DNA of 64,000 nucleotides from Verrucomicrobiota bacterium (GTDB lineage Bacteria > Verrucomicrobiota > Verrucomicrobiia > Limisphaerales > SXQI01), in assembly GCA_033762115.1 (NCBI GenBank), contig JANRLX010000071.1:14974-78973 (forward strand), in the 5' to 3' direction. The translations under genes and the position numbers were made by a program. Every line of letters starts with the position of its first letter. The first letter of the stretch is position 1. The notes beneath the pieces were generated by a model, which was given only the letters and a program-made list of their open reading frames with translations, was not told where the DNA came from and ran no database searches. Shown here piece after piece: positions 18,201 through 24,450 of the stretch.

Positions 18201-20938
18201 GCCGCGAAGGAACGAGGTCCGTCACCCACAGAGAAGTTCGTGAGACCCCCGAAGGTTCCATCGCCGTTGCCCAGGCGCACATTCAAGTTATCGCTGTGTT
18301 CGCTGACTGTCAGTAAATCAAGAACGTTGTTTTCATCCACATCAGTGAGCGTGATGGAATGCGGGCCGTTGCCGCTTGGATAGTTCACCGCCGGATCGAA
18401 TGTTCCGTTTCCGTTGCCAAGTAACACGGTAGCGCTGTCATTGCCGTAATTTGCAATCACCAGGTCAGCCAGAAGGTCTCCGTTCAGGTCGCCAACCGCA
18501 ATGGACCGGGGATTTGATGCAGTGGAAAAGTTAGTGGGCGCCCCGAAGGTTCCAGTCCCGGTCCCGAGCAGGATGGAGATATTTCCCCCACTCCAATTTG
18601 CGACCGCAAGATCGAGGTGAGAGTCATTGTTGAAGGTTCCCACAGCAAGAGCAATGGGGTTTGCGCCGGCTGGAAATGATCCCGCAACGTTGAAGGTGCC
18701 GTTTCCGTTTCCAGTATAAACCACCACGTTATTGGAATAAAAATTGGCGACCGCCAAATCCTTATGAGCGTCCGCATTAAAATTCCCCTGGACCACAAAA
18801 TACGGGTTGTTTCCGGAATAAAGATTGGTGATTGAAGTAAACGTGCCGTCAGCCAGTACAACCAGATTCGTGCTTAAACTGGTTGCGATTTGAAGCTGGT
18901 TATTGCTTCGATTTTCCGTGATAAATCCATCAACACCGCTGACATTGAAATTTCGAACAAAATTGGCAGCCAGGTGGTTGTTGGCTCGGTCATTGAGGCC
19001 AGTCGTCAAAGTCAACCTATAAGCCCCTTGCTGGAGTGGCCCATCGGTCACGCGCAACGTGATGGTGTATCCTCCAGAATAAGTCAGGGGCAGAAGAGTA
19101 TAGATTTGGTCGTCTGCCGCGGAAACGAGATCCGTTCCCAATGAGCGTAATTCGTAATGGCTGAGATTGGTCACGCTGTTGACTGCGAGTTCTTCACTGA
19201 AGGTGACTGTGAAATCATTGATGATGGCGTTTGTTGAGCCTGCCTGATTTGGCAGACTGGTTGAGGAAACCACCGGGGCGACGCCGTCAGTAATGGTTGA
19301 ATTGAGAATATACTGGGCGAGCAAATCGCCATTATTCGATGTCAACGCGAGGTAATGAACCCCGTTGATCGTGGCGGTGAAATTCAAAGTTCCATTGGTG
19401 TTGGACGCAAGCGGTTCGGTGCCCCCCTCCACAAATATCGAAAGGACGACGTTCGTGTTGTTTAATGTGCTGTTTGCCGGAAAGGTCAGAGAAGCGTTCA
19501 GGGCGTTGCCAGTGTTTAATGTTCCCAACCGGAAATAATCGGTGGTTTCGCCATGGAGCCGTCCAGCGATTTTCCCCTGGTAAACGCCGGTCCCAATGCT
19601 CAACTCCAGATCGTTTGCAGCGCCTGGAGTATTGTTGTTTTCGTGATCGGATTGCACCCCGCGGGCGACGGTTACCAGCATTCGGTAAGGAGAAACGCGG
19701 TTACCGCTAAAGGTCCTGATATAGTAACTGCCCGGCGTTCCGATGGTATAGTTCTGAATCCACGCCACACCTTCATAACTTCCTCCCACTCCCGCGAGTT
19801 GGCCGCCAGCTGAATTATGAATATACAACTGAGGATATACCCCGACAAAATGCGATTCCACACGGACACTCACCACGTCTCCGGCTTCCGCTTCAAAACG
19901 CCAGAAATCCGGGTCATTCAGCGGAGAATGGGTTCCGATGCCCAAAACGGTATAGAACTGACTGCCTACCGGGCTTTGTGTCAGTGTTAACGGGGTTGCC
20001 TCCGGAATTTCATTGTTACTCGCATCTTCAAGGGCGGTCAATGCGGGAATTGCAATCGTAAATGTACGTGTATAAGGCGACAGAGCCACGGCGCCTGTGG
20101 TCACGAGGCCTGTGGCCTGAAACTGGTAAACCCCTGGCTGGAGCGGGCTGGAAGTTAAAGCCAGAGTTATGGCCTTGTCGTTCACACGAATGACCTGCAA
20201 TGGAATGATCACATCATCCCCATCATTGGGCGTTCCATTGCCACCCGCTTCACGCAACGTATAGAGCGCAAGGTTGGTGCTTAAAATCGCGTCAACCGGA
20301 ACAGTCGAAGCGATCGTGAATTGATCAATTGCCTGGGCAACGCTGCTGTTGTGAGGGGGCAGCGTGGTTGCATGAATTTGTGGTGTGGTTAATGTGGAAG
20401 CCTGCTGCACTCGAAAATTATCGATCCCCCATGATTCATTTCCAACGCCTTCAAGGTTTTGGCCTGCAAATGAAATGGTGGCCACGCTGTTGGTGGCCTC
20501 AAATGTAAATGTCACAGCCCGATAGATCGAATCAGGCCAGCCAGGAACACTGATCATGTCCTCCGGGCCTTGCGACCTGGGAAATGGAAAAGTCTGGGCC
20601 TGGCCGAAATTCGATAATGTTCCGCGAACAACTTCGGTCCCATCCAACCGAACAATAAACGTGTCCGATCCGCCATCCCAGGAATCAATCACGTATAAAT
20701 CGAAAAGAACGGTGTAGGAGGTTCCCACCACGAGATTATCGAACACAATTTCACGTGAATCATTGCTATATGGCCCGTTGAACCGGGTTAATGGAGAATC
20801 CGGCGATCCACCCGGCACGCCTGATGTCCATTCGGGGGGAACACCCCCCTCAAAATCGGTGAAATAGGGAACAGTCGCGCTTTGGGCAAACGGACTGACG
20901 AAAACAGCGATGAGCAGGGACAGGCAGAGGTTCTTCAT
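203..20938 (-). CDS. Giant (~6,911 aa) secreted multidomain surface protein/adhesin: Ig-like, PPC-like, 3 FG-GAP/VCBS propellers, LamG, CARDB, InlB-B-like, FN3, Calx-beta-like, cadherin-like, cohesin-like
   Basis: 20.7-kb uninterrupted ORF. ATG 20938 gives signal peptide MKNLCLSLLIAVFVSPFAQSA. Many GDxNxDxxxDLxVAN FG-GAP repeats, WTVEAWVRP..WHHVA LamG, PDLxV..V.WT..N.G CARDB repeats. Confidence 0.93.
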   Translation of the reverse strand: MKNLCLSLLIAVFVSPFAQSATVPYFTDFEGGVPPEWTSGVPGGSPDSPLTRFNGPYSNDSREIVFDNLVVGTSYTVLFDLYVIDSWDGGSDTFIVRLDGTEVVRGTLSNFGQAQTFPFPRSQGPEDMISVPGWPDSIYRAVTFTFEATNSVATISFAGQNLEGVGNESWGIDNFRVQQASTLTTPQIHATTLPPHNSSVAQAIDQFTIASTVPVDAILSTNLALYTLREAGGNGTPNDGDDVIIPLQVIRVNDKAITLALTSSPLQPGVYQFQATGLVTTGAVALSPYTRTFTIAIPALTALEDASNNEIPEATPLTLTQSPVGSQFYTVLGIGTHSPLNDPDFWRFEAEAGDVVSVRVESHFVGVYPQLYIHNSAGGQLAGVGGSYEGVAWIQNYTIGTPGSYYIRTFSGNRVSPYRMLVTVARGVQSDHENNNTPGAANDLELSIGTGVYQGKIAGRLHGETTDYFRLGTLNTGNALNASLTFPANSTLNNTNVVLSIFVEGGTEPLASNTNGTLNFTATINGVHYLALTSNNGDLLAQYILNSTITDGVAPVVSSTSLPNQAGSTNAIINDFTVTFSEELAVNSVTNLSHYELRSLGTDLVSAADDQIYTLLPLTYSGGYTITLRVTDGPLQQGAYRLTLTTGLNDRANNHLAANFVRNFNVSGVDGFITENRSNNQLQIATSLSTNLVVLADGTFTSITNLYSGNNPYFVVQGNFNADAHKDLAVANFYSNNVVVYTGNGNGTFNVAGSFPAGANPIALAVGTFNNDSHLDLAVANWSGGNISILLGTGTGTFGAPTNFSTASNPRSIAVGDLNGDLLADLVIANYGNDSATVLLGNGNGTFDPAVNYPSGNGPHSITLTDVDENNVLDLLTVSEHSDNLNVRLGNGDGTFGGLTNFSVGDGPRSFAAADLNNDGFVDLVVANNNGDNVAVLRGAGNGTFTNYQTFPLGNFDSYHVQLADFNGDTRLDAALANYGGSELIILHGTADGSFQSSQRYSAPGAPIAIAVADYNTDGILDLATAGYDQHHVKIWLGNKQKFLTPDAANFRTVFGRGALTSSADLDIYSFTGEAGDRVMLASEVPGNPVNSGLRYDLLRADGTSIVGFHSDYRGFGQIVPFILPQTGTYYVQVSHWYDWFAEYRFRVSLVNPDAQIETENNNAHGNANVPSLVLDAGALKATVAGYIGSLDGQDTFGLGYLSGTATLNLEINIPATSDLSPILEILDQQGAVIASAAAGITNLSHSFPGGQSGYIYARVRADSGAGLAGHYSMSITLTDTSAPLITGISLPSGTTNTYVSPYFTIGFSEDMLRTTVTNGSFYELRSAGPNNTFGNSDDVFYTIRSEGYSSGLSATFNIVDGPLRPGKYRFTIPGDLLNRSGIRYSTLVQQEFTVAAVEGYVLENRSNNDFSLATSLSLSAGATPDGSFLPGSQTIPSGGQPWHILATSLNNDLFVDLVIANWPNNSLSVLMGQAGGTFHPPTNYTVGVNPIAASLVDVNDDNLLDAVVANYSTHNVSVLLGTGNGTFGTATNFAVDNNPRMVVTDDFNGDDIPDIVTANYGPNTVSILFGNGDGTFRSKTNYTVGNNPYYVQAGNLNSDSAPDLVVANQSATTISVLMNNGNGTFATQVTYTVGSNPRALRLADFNGDSELDVVTVNAAGNYSVLLGNGDGTFQTATTIAIGLSDPHQLVVSDINADNKLDVIIPNYGQGTIITLLGKGDGTFIQSGAYDINPTAGSVDIADVNRDGRKDIIAGHYNSSTLRIFYGSDSEFLTEDPASSLVRTGTARGHLTTTADVDFWSFSAKAGDRLVIAAENPEYPSNSGLFYSLYGPDFRHHFTYNPNSFGYGQSGPFVVPFDGTYYVRVSQWYDYLGEYRFRVTLAGGGKQIETEANNSHGTANSLNYSLEAGHQKATVVGYIGYGDPGDHFQLGNLSVGTAIRLGQTNPVSSGLSAVIQVLNSTGEVLAESSPSGPQLEYIVPEGGEGAYFARVYSVGPSRAGDPGPYLSFDGGNGYVDTGAWAPGKQWTVEAWVRPSAYPGGRRGIAGSFASCQDWGLALNSGRFAVSFRPLGGACSETLTAPELPALDTWHHVAASSDGTNIWLYVNGELKATAAVAADFNPTAAGTRFGGEVCCGNYFPGLLDNIRVWNKALSGADILANLNTTLTGTEPGLIGLWNFEEGTGTTVADATAQNRAGTLANNVNWVAAGPVGSTGPGLMAQYILSIDLGDTAPPSIASVSLPAEDSTVTFVHPSFTIGFSEDMAPATVMNTNNIELRSAGADETFNTPDDQLYSITASAYVTGLSASYLISNGPLQEGFYKFTISTAFTDRSGSPLPAPYIREFQVSELAGFILENRTNNSPLLSTSLSTNIITQPNGSFDVSNPLNTDSNPYGIAIGNFNGDQHNDFVVSALGQNRVMVFLGLGGGAFTNYTNIVVGNSPRSTLVADLNKDNLLDIAVGNYLASSISVLLGNGDGTFQPPVIYPVGGNPRSIITADLNGDTRLDLLSANENSDNISVLLNNGTSFAAAVNFSAGDGAFALAAGRFDADQHLDVAVANANAGNLILYLGAGDGSLQVHSTNVIGSTLRGLVSADFDGDTFADLATLSAGNNTYTVLLGNGDATFTQSASVAAGTADPYQMISGDLNLDGRIDLLIPAFGNDRVVTLLGNGDGTFEPFYQWVHPNGPLASAIGDLNGDGRPDIATANYYSSTVRILFGTASHLLGVTSLGNGIRQSQGRGQLTSGDVDWWQFSARAGDRLELAAETPGNVNNSQLLYEIYYTSTSLDNSYPRLLYFYTQNNGQGQTTDAGNNGILIPNTGTYYVRITQSDAYTGEYRFRLTIAEPPTRFEAEANNTRAAANTARFTNIENKLRASILGYFHAGDTTADFSTLGNLSPGTRVQAFWTKPSTSDLSAGLELQTANGTVVASATGSTTNIDYTIPGGGEGIYYIRIYNDNSPFGIASQYRLQIDLSDAQAPLISGISLPENDATTAVIDRFTISFSEEMGLSAADPDNYELIAVGPDNELYTEDDQSYTLQISYGSGLDASVRVLDGPLQAGNYRFRALTGIADRFGNNLAEAFDQEFVVEPLPHFTIESRSNNSAALATPLTLIEDPSLLHTAFARGNLSANTDVDYFSFSATNGQKLLVAVQNPGFPGGSSLRYTILNPSQQAILDFYGDHYGWQQSAVATLAQDGLYTLLVRSSQNYQGEYQVRVSLASGSLEMEAEDNPGLASANNVTLVENGNGRRASVVGNIRFNGDLDYYRLGTLTNGSTVFLGTRLPSSSGLEPTVSIYDASNGYMVEAGSGRPFDGVAEVRISNTGVYYAVVRGADNTTGITSQYVLDIQVVPTGSVAFPNLQVTSLTTPTGSSIQSGQSVQVRFTISNVGSEPTTAGAWSDRAVISQNNVLGDADDIQLGIFQRNGNLPTGGSYEINQPLLLPHGISGVYYLIVQADLANSVNEFVLEGDNVTVSFATFSVARAPYPDLRVEDLAVTGPSANQFTINWNTANRGSAPVTNAFKERLIVRNVTAGSTLLNVERNMAAGLAVNGTSPQSAIVTATTPGLYEVSVTTDSLDNVYEFNEVSHASAEQNLFETTFRILAKYNVVLSSNPGSGGSVSGAGQFTEGTTVNVTATPNTAQLPYQFLNWTENGIFQSANPSYSFELSRDRQLVANFTLPTYTVTANSNPAGGGSVTGAGSHAHGATAHLTAVPAFGYRFKNWTLNGSIIGVDASLSFVVLSNRTVVANYDPAHLTHNVVTETEPEGLAVVTGSGTFNNGQSVLVSAPAKITNNLTIFSFHRFLLNGSLYQTTNSFTELFATTDPTNMLLTAEYTSRSRYPLIIVASANIQNPIPRTTNLLLALQFNRSMDTNVVPALRLTNSAAGSIQPVIIPGGTWSSTAVSNDTFHATAIVIGAGMDGTNKLHVSLAQDTEGAVMQPVNPLDLLVDATSPLITGIVVERSSGSAIVTWTTDEPATSQVEYGLNSGFGRNTPVNVSLTRNHRVVVSGLIPETLYHFRVHSRDQAGNSRASASATFTTLPAPDLVVSGIRVEPALIQSGSTLLVTWTNANTGVGPTSGSWYDQIIISNRTTGQLLDTEFVRFDAQARGDLLVNGVATLSHAIELAQGPAGAGEIEVRIVADFYNNLVEDNEQNTAESNNRATLVVNSTLRLYPDLRAQNLAIAPSSLNSGVELTASWETYNSGDAPASGLLRDRIVIRNATTGEILLNNVLVYDTSAQGNAALQSGQSIARQAKVFLPEGNRGVGQIQVEVVTDFGNGIFEFDPDTAAENNNTTVVAANSILSPYPDLAVTSITAPLNGRAGQTIEITWTIHNRGNGVATGSWSEQVFLSEDNTAGGDTLLATFNYNGPLPTNGTIVRTETVTLPRFGTGNRWVIIRVDAGNTLFEHDEANNFSIDDRAINLPSNLFITFSRSSISEGAGINAVLGTITRNSGTAAALEITLASSDTGSLTVPPTITIPANNSAQTFPVHTVDDDLLDGNKTVSITASAAGVEPVSESLNVIDDDAAILVIEVNGDNVRENTGTVPASVRRNTSTGSVLVVNLISSEPSRVTVPSTVNISAGQDRANFAVTLLDNPAPNRPLRVTISANASGYQNTPDTFTLLDDDIPALSLELADSIVSEGASNPATEATVTRSPVSNRALTILLHSENELAAKVPFSVVIPPNVASVTFPVTVIDDELVDPSEEVQIHAYAADELFSTRIEENHAHGILTVTDDDGPTLKITVDNDVVSERGATVGRVSRNTATTSALIVNLSSEDQTEITVPNTVTIPVGQRTAPFAITGVSDGAADGVQRAAVTASATGFTSGNAAVNVTDFDLPDIRVTEITVPNNAASGAAVEISWTVANDGLSIANGPWVDKVYVSTSPDGSVLQPIGQYFRTASLDVGQSYVRTVTATLPFNPGNYYLVVHTDANGALSEGSKRNNTLISSQVIDVRPAYRATVSTDVQGVPMQTPVTLRGRAFRSGTDEAMPFALVSVRLNIKGTRRVIEVRTDAAGNFETIFQPLPGEAGVVRIGADHPGVTEDPVQDQFNIYGMRFTESEISYRMFPVSELAGTVELRNIGDVPLTGVSAIVEGLPSNVLMAFQLPTTLESLAVLSVPFTINTGEFTNEVRIRARIKITSAQSAVTYLPLNLTVAPHSAHLVATPGFLESGMTRGRQKLMEFEVVNTGGAGSGPLEVRTPNVPWMSLVSESSYQNLAPGASIRVVLALNPPADMPLTRYDGSIVVDPTVGNSIDVAFRFRALSESRGDLRVEVTDDYTFHVAGAPRVEGASVTLTDGLTGQTVASGLSDTNGIVFFTNILENTYQLTVNATKHNTYRAPVTIIPGITNEVTTFIDRQTVSYRWTVVPTQIDDHYKVVLEPVFEAEVPIPVVTIDNPLLMPLIVQGLDTQMEITVRNHGLIAAERVSVVVPNHPDFEVIPLVEVIDVLPARSSLKIPILIRAKPTAQFVSLEQMRSGARLTRQGGTTFTGCQVYPKLQVKWSFVCGPDRRWHVNDLSIVAVCVEESCWDKIKDLLEDKATGNPKDLLEWKDQLCEIAGVLASCVDECLATIVKMACGVATRDVAGAVGAAAGFGQCWCPNLPSLPVSAPGYTPPPIGIGGGGSYAGGSPNYPIGAPIYWDYSPNCNPGDEISGGSSLSQQAETRADGVCARVRLRIEQEAVITRAAFLGTLELENGNLDSPLTGIQLTLDIRDENQNSVNGRFAVRGPVLDGISATDGTGVLAAGADGSAQFTFIPNREAAPDGPTIYRIGGTLRYTEGTNVVEVPLIADTITVYPDPILNLIYFQQRDVYSDDPFTDEIEPAEPFALGLLVKNTGKGAAINFRITSAQPEIIENKKGLLIDFKIIGTQVGGDPVTPTLTANLGRIEPASTKAAIWQMVSTLQGKFIEYNATFEHIDGLGDPRLSLIDSVEVHELIHAVLADRATDDNQPDFLVNDDPDPDNAPDTLWLSDGSVAVVNPATAASTDGNVSRTDLQVQLTATMSSGWNYLKIADPGAGYRLYRVLRSDGKEIKVTQNAWTTDRSFPSSQTGARRENLFHMLDFNGTGNYTLFYRVNDSNAPEITDIVDIDPVVQSAAISTVDVRFSEAIDLETFTHEDIHLSLNGGENLITDLARVSRIDDLTYRITGLSTLTAGEGNYELTVQGAGIADFGGNAAIGFASVRWSKAGLAPVIATVEQIVPQLRNLPVPSLDVVFSKAINPATFDYTDLSLTLNGGPNLINSTVVITPLTASSYRITGLGSLTADTGEYTLTIYATNVADGLGNLGIGQLSSHWIQDIAGPVVSSLEQVNTNPRNIVVPGLEVTFSEEIDPSTFDLADITLTRDGGPNLINNQVTITRLTSRIFRISEFSWVSGTAGRYTLTVNGSAVRDPAGNAGSGSASASWVMDISKPAAPTLLAITPDLGRSSTDGITSSNRFILSGSLGETNLTVRLMDITGNEELGTAIVTNRSFTKALELPQGPHRLRAVAIDDAANLSDPVFLELFVDLVAPGVTIPEVTPDPRDGSITSLDIIFSEEINAATFTRADLTLTLGDSTVNLIDAGVQITFVATNRFRIEGLEDLTDVPGLYRFTVNMSGIEDVAGNKGLEPVSETWRRIGPNTPPVINQITTRIISAETLLVITNRATDNDIPANTLSFSLNPGAPSGASINPTNGVFTWRPTRLQAPSTNQITVRVTDNGIPALSATMQFTVVVTDYAELHLGNDILEAGTRGSVPVSFFASTAVTNFTFLLNVPAGYLTNITVDALTPAIGRAQIQKITDASYRITIGTIPGQSIAAREEVAEISFDTITNKSSAFLRLVPTELTVTKLDNTTIERLFTSNGRVVFIGPEPLLEALITSGERRLILYGKRNRNYRLDSSSLAVPWAAFRTVTLQNLFMEVDGVSNNPFIFYRALLLP

Positions 20939-21147
20939 GGCTCGGTTAAACGACAATTCTTTCAGACGGAACAGTAAAGCGCATCTTACAACAAAGGCTC
21001 CAATATTTTGCAAGGGATTTCAGTGTCAGAACTCCAACTTTTTACATGACACCGCTTTCTTGAACATTTTTGCGAGAAGCAAGGACTGTTCCGTGTCAAA
21101 ATTGGCAAAGCTGGAGAAGCAATTCTGTCAGTAAAATCCATTCGCCA

Positions 21148-21165
21148 CCTGAAAGAAACCTCAGG
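21148..21165. promoter_or_regulatory. Putative TF site CCTGA-N8-TCAGG between giant gene and chrA
   Basis: Same palindromic geometry at 120-137, 32728-32745, 39264-39281 and 45249-45266. Confidence 0.4.
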
Positions 21166-21238
21166 GTTGTTCAGGAACTAACCACCTGAAGTTATCTACT
21201 GGATTGCCAACTGACCTTTTCACTATCAGGATTGCGAA

Positions 21239-22546
21239 ATGGAGTCGAAGGAGAAACTCGTTCATCCTACTTTTGCAGAGGCGTTTCGTTTTTGGGTCAA
21301 GCTCGGTTTTATCAGCTTTGGCGGCCCCTCAGGGCAAATTGCGATCATGCACACTGAACTGGTGGAGAAGCGCCGCTGGATCGCTGAAGATCGATTTTTA
21401 AATGCGCTGAATTTTTGCATGCTGCTGCCTGGCCCGGAAGCCCAGCAACTGGCCACTTACATTGGTTGGCTGCTTCATCGGACCTGGGGAGGAATCGTCG
21501 CGGGGGCTTTTTTCGTCCTGCCATCAATGTTCATTTTGTGGGCACTGAGTCTTGTTTACGTCCGCTTCGGAACTGTTTCATGGATCGCTTCAATTTTTTA
21601 CATCCTCAAGGCGGCGGTCCTCGCGATTGTGCTTTCCGCGGTGCTCCGCATTGGAAAGAAAGCGCTTCGAAACCATGTGATGTGGGGAATCGCCGCGCTG
21701 GCGTTTGTTGCGATTTTTTTTCTAAAACTGCCATTTCCCTTAATCATCGCAGGAGCGGCGTTGATCGGGTATTGGGGCGGAAAGCTTGCCCCGCACTATT
21801 TCAATATTCAACAGGGACATTCCTCCAAATCCCCACCCACTGTATTGGAGGAAGGAAAACCGCATCCTTCTCCCGGCTGGAAAAGGGCCTTCAAAATTAT
21901 TTCAGTTTGCCTGCTGCTTTGGTGGCTGCCGCTTTTGTTTATTTTTTTCTGGCTTGGCCCTGCACATACCATTTTTCAGGAAGGGCTTTTTTTCAGCAAA
22001 GCCGCCATGGTCACTTTCGGTGGCGCTTACGCGGTGCTCCCTTACGTCTCTCAACAGGCAGTGGAAAATTTTGGCTGGCTGAGCGCTACTCAAATGATGG
22101 ATGGCCTGGGTCTGGCGGAAACCACTCCGGGGCCATTGATTATGGTCCTTCAATTCGTGGGTTTTGTGGGAGCTTATCAGCATCCGATGGGGCTTCCGCC
22201 GCTCGTTGCCGCGACGTTGGGGGCGTTCATCACCACATGGACCACGTTTCTCCCCTGTTTTTTATGGATCTTTGTCGGCGCTCCACATATCGAGCAATTG
22301 CAACGGAAACCAAAAATCAACAATGCCCTCTCCGCGGTGACTGCTTCCGTGGTTGGAGTGATCCTCAACCTTGCGGTTTGGTTTGGGCTGCACCTGTTGT
22401 TTCCTGAGAGGAAACTGGACTGGTTTGCCCTTTTGGTCGCTGTCGTGGTCTTTGCCGGGATGACAAGATGGCGGTGGAATATCATGGCTGTGGTTGCAGG
22501 TTCGGGCCTCCTCGGTCTGATTCATTATTTTCTGAAAGCCTCATAG
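21239..22546 (+). CDS. chrA: Chromate efflux transporter (long-chain CHR)
   Basis: Duplicated FGG motifs (SFGGP / TFGGAYAV), LPGPEA and ETTPGP motifs, multiple TM helices. Confidence 0.92.
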   Translation: MESKEKLVHPTFAEAFRFWVKLGFISFGGPSGQIAIMHTELVEKRRWIAEDRFLNALNFCMLLPGPEAQQLATYIGWLLHRTWGGIVAGAFFVLPSMFILWALSLVYVRFGTVSWIASIFYILKAAVLAIVLSAVLRIGKKALRNHVMWGIAALAFVAIFFLKLPFPLIIAGAALIGYWGGKLAPHYFNIQQGHSSKSPPTVLEEGKPHPSPGWKRAFKIISVCLLLWWLPLLFIFFWLGPAHTIFQEGLFFSKAAMVTFGGAYAVLPYVSQQAVENFGWLSATQMMDGLGLAETTPGPLIMVLQFVGFVGAYQHPMGLPPLVAATLGAFITTWTTFLPCFLWIFVGAPHIEQLQRKPKINNALSAVTASVVGVILNLAVWFGLHLLFPERKLDWFALLVAVVVFAGMTRWRWNIMAVVAGSGLLGLIHYFLKAS

Positions 22547-22732
22547 GCCAAGCCTGTTTTCAAAAATTTTTGAACAGGATAACTCCAAATGGTCTAAAGG
22601 GAAAACCGGCTCGCAGCCACTTGACAGACCATGTAAAAGATTGGCAATTCATATTTGATACGTATGGGTATTAATTTATCCTGATTGGCCGTCCTGGTGA
22701 ACAGATGGCATTTGGCCGATTAATTTACAGGC

Positions 22733-23695
22733 ATGATTAACGTTGAAAATTTAACAAAAGTCTTTGGACCAAAAGTCGCCGTCCAGGGAATCTCCTTTGC
22801 TGTCAAAAAAGGGGAAGTCCTGGGTTTCCTCGGGCCCAATGGCGCCGGAAAAAGTACCAGCATGCGGATGATTACAGGGTTCATTCCGCCCACCAGCGGC
22901 AAGGTGACCGTTGGGGGATATGATATGGTTGAGAATCCGCTGCCCGCCAAACGTTTGATGGGTTACCTCCCGGAGAATGCACCTTCTTACAATGATATGA
23001 CAGTGCTTGGGTTCCTGAACTTTTGCGCTGAAATCCGCGGATTACATGGAGGTGACAAGAAGAAGGCGGTCAATCGCGCTGTTGAGATGTGTTTCCTTGA
23101 AAATGTCATCCATCAAAGCATTGACACTCTTTCAAAAGGTTACCGACATCGGACCTGCTTCGCTCAATCCATCATCCATGATCCTGAAGTTTTGATCCTC
23201 GATGAACCCACTGATGGGTTGGACCCCAATCAAAAGCATGAAGTCAGGACATTGATCAGGCGGATGGGTGAAACCAAGGCAATCATCTTCTCGACTCATA
23301 TTTTGGAAGAGGTGGAAGCGGTCTGTTCTCGTGCCATTATCATTGATCGTGGCCAGATCGTCGCCAATGGAACTCCTGCCGAATTGAAGCAGCGGTCTGA
23401 TATTGCCGGGGCGGTTCTCCTGCGAGTGCTGGGACGTTCCGCAGCGGAACTGCGGCAAAAGCTCCAGGACCTTTCAACCGCCCGCAAAAGCTCGGTTGTC
23501 CGGGAGGAAAACGGCGCGGTTTCCCTGCGGGTTTTTCCCAAAAACGGAATGAACGGCGAACTGGCTCGAAGTGTTGCCGATCTGGTGCAACGTGAACAAT
23601 GGCGAGTCGAGGAACTCCACACGGAAGAAGGACGCCTGGATGAAGTCTTCCGCACCATCACCTTGCCTGAAACCTCCCAACCAAGCCGACCATGA
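22733..23695 (+). CDS. ABC transporter ATP-binding subunit (GldA-like)
   Basis: Walker A GPNGAGKST, LSKGY signature, ILDEP Walker B, STHIL. Confidence 0.92.
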   Translation: MINVENLTKVFGPKVAVQGISFAVKKGEVLGFLGPNGAGKSTSMRMITGFIPPTSGKVTVGGYDMVENPLPAKRLMGYLPENAPSYNDMTVLGFLNFCAEIRGLHGGDKKKAVNRAVEMCFLENVIHQSIDTLSKGYRHRTCFAQSIIHDPEVLILDEPTDGLDPNQKHEVRTLIRRMGETKAIIFSTHILEEVEAVCSRAIIIDRGQIVANGTPAELKQRSDIAGAVLLRVLGRSAAELRQKLQDLSTARKSSVVREENGAVSLRVFPKNGMNGELARSVADLVQREQWRVEELHTEEGRLDEVFRTITLPETSQPSRP

Positions 23696-24438
23696 ACGCT
23701 GCAAGCCATATTAAAACCATTGCAAAACGGGAGTTGTCCGCCTATTTCAACTCGCCGGTCGCCTACGTTTTTATTGTTATTTTTTTGCTCCTGGCAGGAT
23801 TTTTTACTTTCATGGCCGGGGGGTTCTTTGAACGTGGGGAGGCTTCCCTCATTTCATTTTTTCTCTGGCATCCCTGGCTTTACCTGTTTTTAGTCCCCGC
23901 AGTGGGAATGCGCCTGTGGTCCGAGGAACGCCGCCTTGGTACCATGGAACTGCTGCTCACCATGCCGATCACTTCGTGGCAGGCGATTGTCGGCAAATTT
24001 CTGGCCTCGTGGGGATTCCTCGCTCTTGCCCTGCTGCTAACCTTTCCGGTCTGGATCACGGTGAATTACCTGGGTAATCCTGACAATGGCGTGATTATCG
24101 GAGGTTACCTGGGAAGTTTTTTGCTGGCGGGAGCGTACCTGGCAATTAGTTCAATGACTTCGGCTGTGACCCGCAACCAGGTGGTTAGTTTTATTTTGTC
24201 GGTTGTCATTTGCCTTTTCCTCATTTTGGCCGGATGGCCCCCGGTCACGCGGCTTCTGGATCAGGTTTCCGAAAGTCCCCGCCTGGTTGAGGCTGTCGCC
24301 GCGTTCAGCGTGATGACCCATTTCGAAGGATTCCAGAAAGGGGCGCTTGAATCACGGGATTTTGTTTTTTTCGTGGCGGTGATCGTCTTCTCACTGTTCA
24401 CCACAAGCGTGATTATCCGCAGCCACAGGGCTGGCTAA
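23692..24438 (+). CDS. ABC-2 permease (GldF-like)
   Basis: RELSAYFNSPVAY, MRLWSEERRLGTMELLLT, 6 TM; overlaps upstream stop. Confidence 0.9.
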   Translation: MNAASHIKTIAKRELSAYFNSPVAYVFIVIFLLLAGFFTFMAGGFFERGEASLISFFLWHPWLYLFLVPAVGMRLWSEERRLGTMELLLTMPITSWQAIVGKFLASWGFLALALLLTFPVWITVNYLGNPDNGVIIGGYLGSFLLAGAYLAISSMTSAVTRNQVVSFILSVVICLFLILAGWPPVTRLLDQVSESPRLVEAVAAFSVMTHFEGFQKGALESRDFVFFVAVIVFSLFTTSVIIRSHRAG

Positions 24439-24450
24439 TTTGTTCATTCC

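Noticed and set aside
20939..21013. ORF-track start (TTG 21013) for the giant protein
   Set aside because: ATG 20938 gives a clean signal peptide
137..21134. Many + strand and off-frame ORFs over the giant gene
   Set aside because: Antisense shadows of a strongly coding frame; no recognisable motifs
21415..22407. 330-aa alternate-frame ORF inside chrA
   Set aside because: Fully overlaps a well-supported gene; no protein-like motifs
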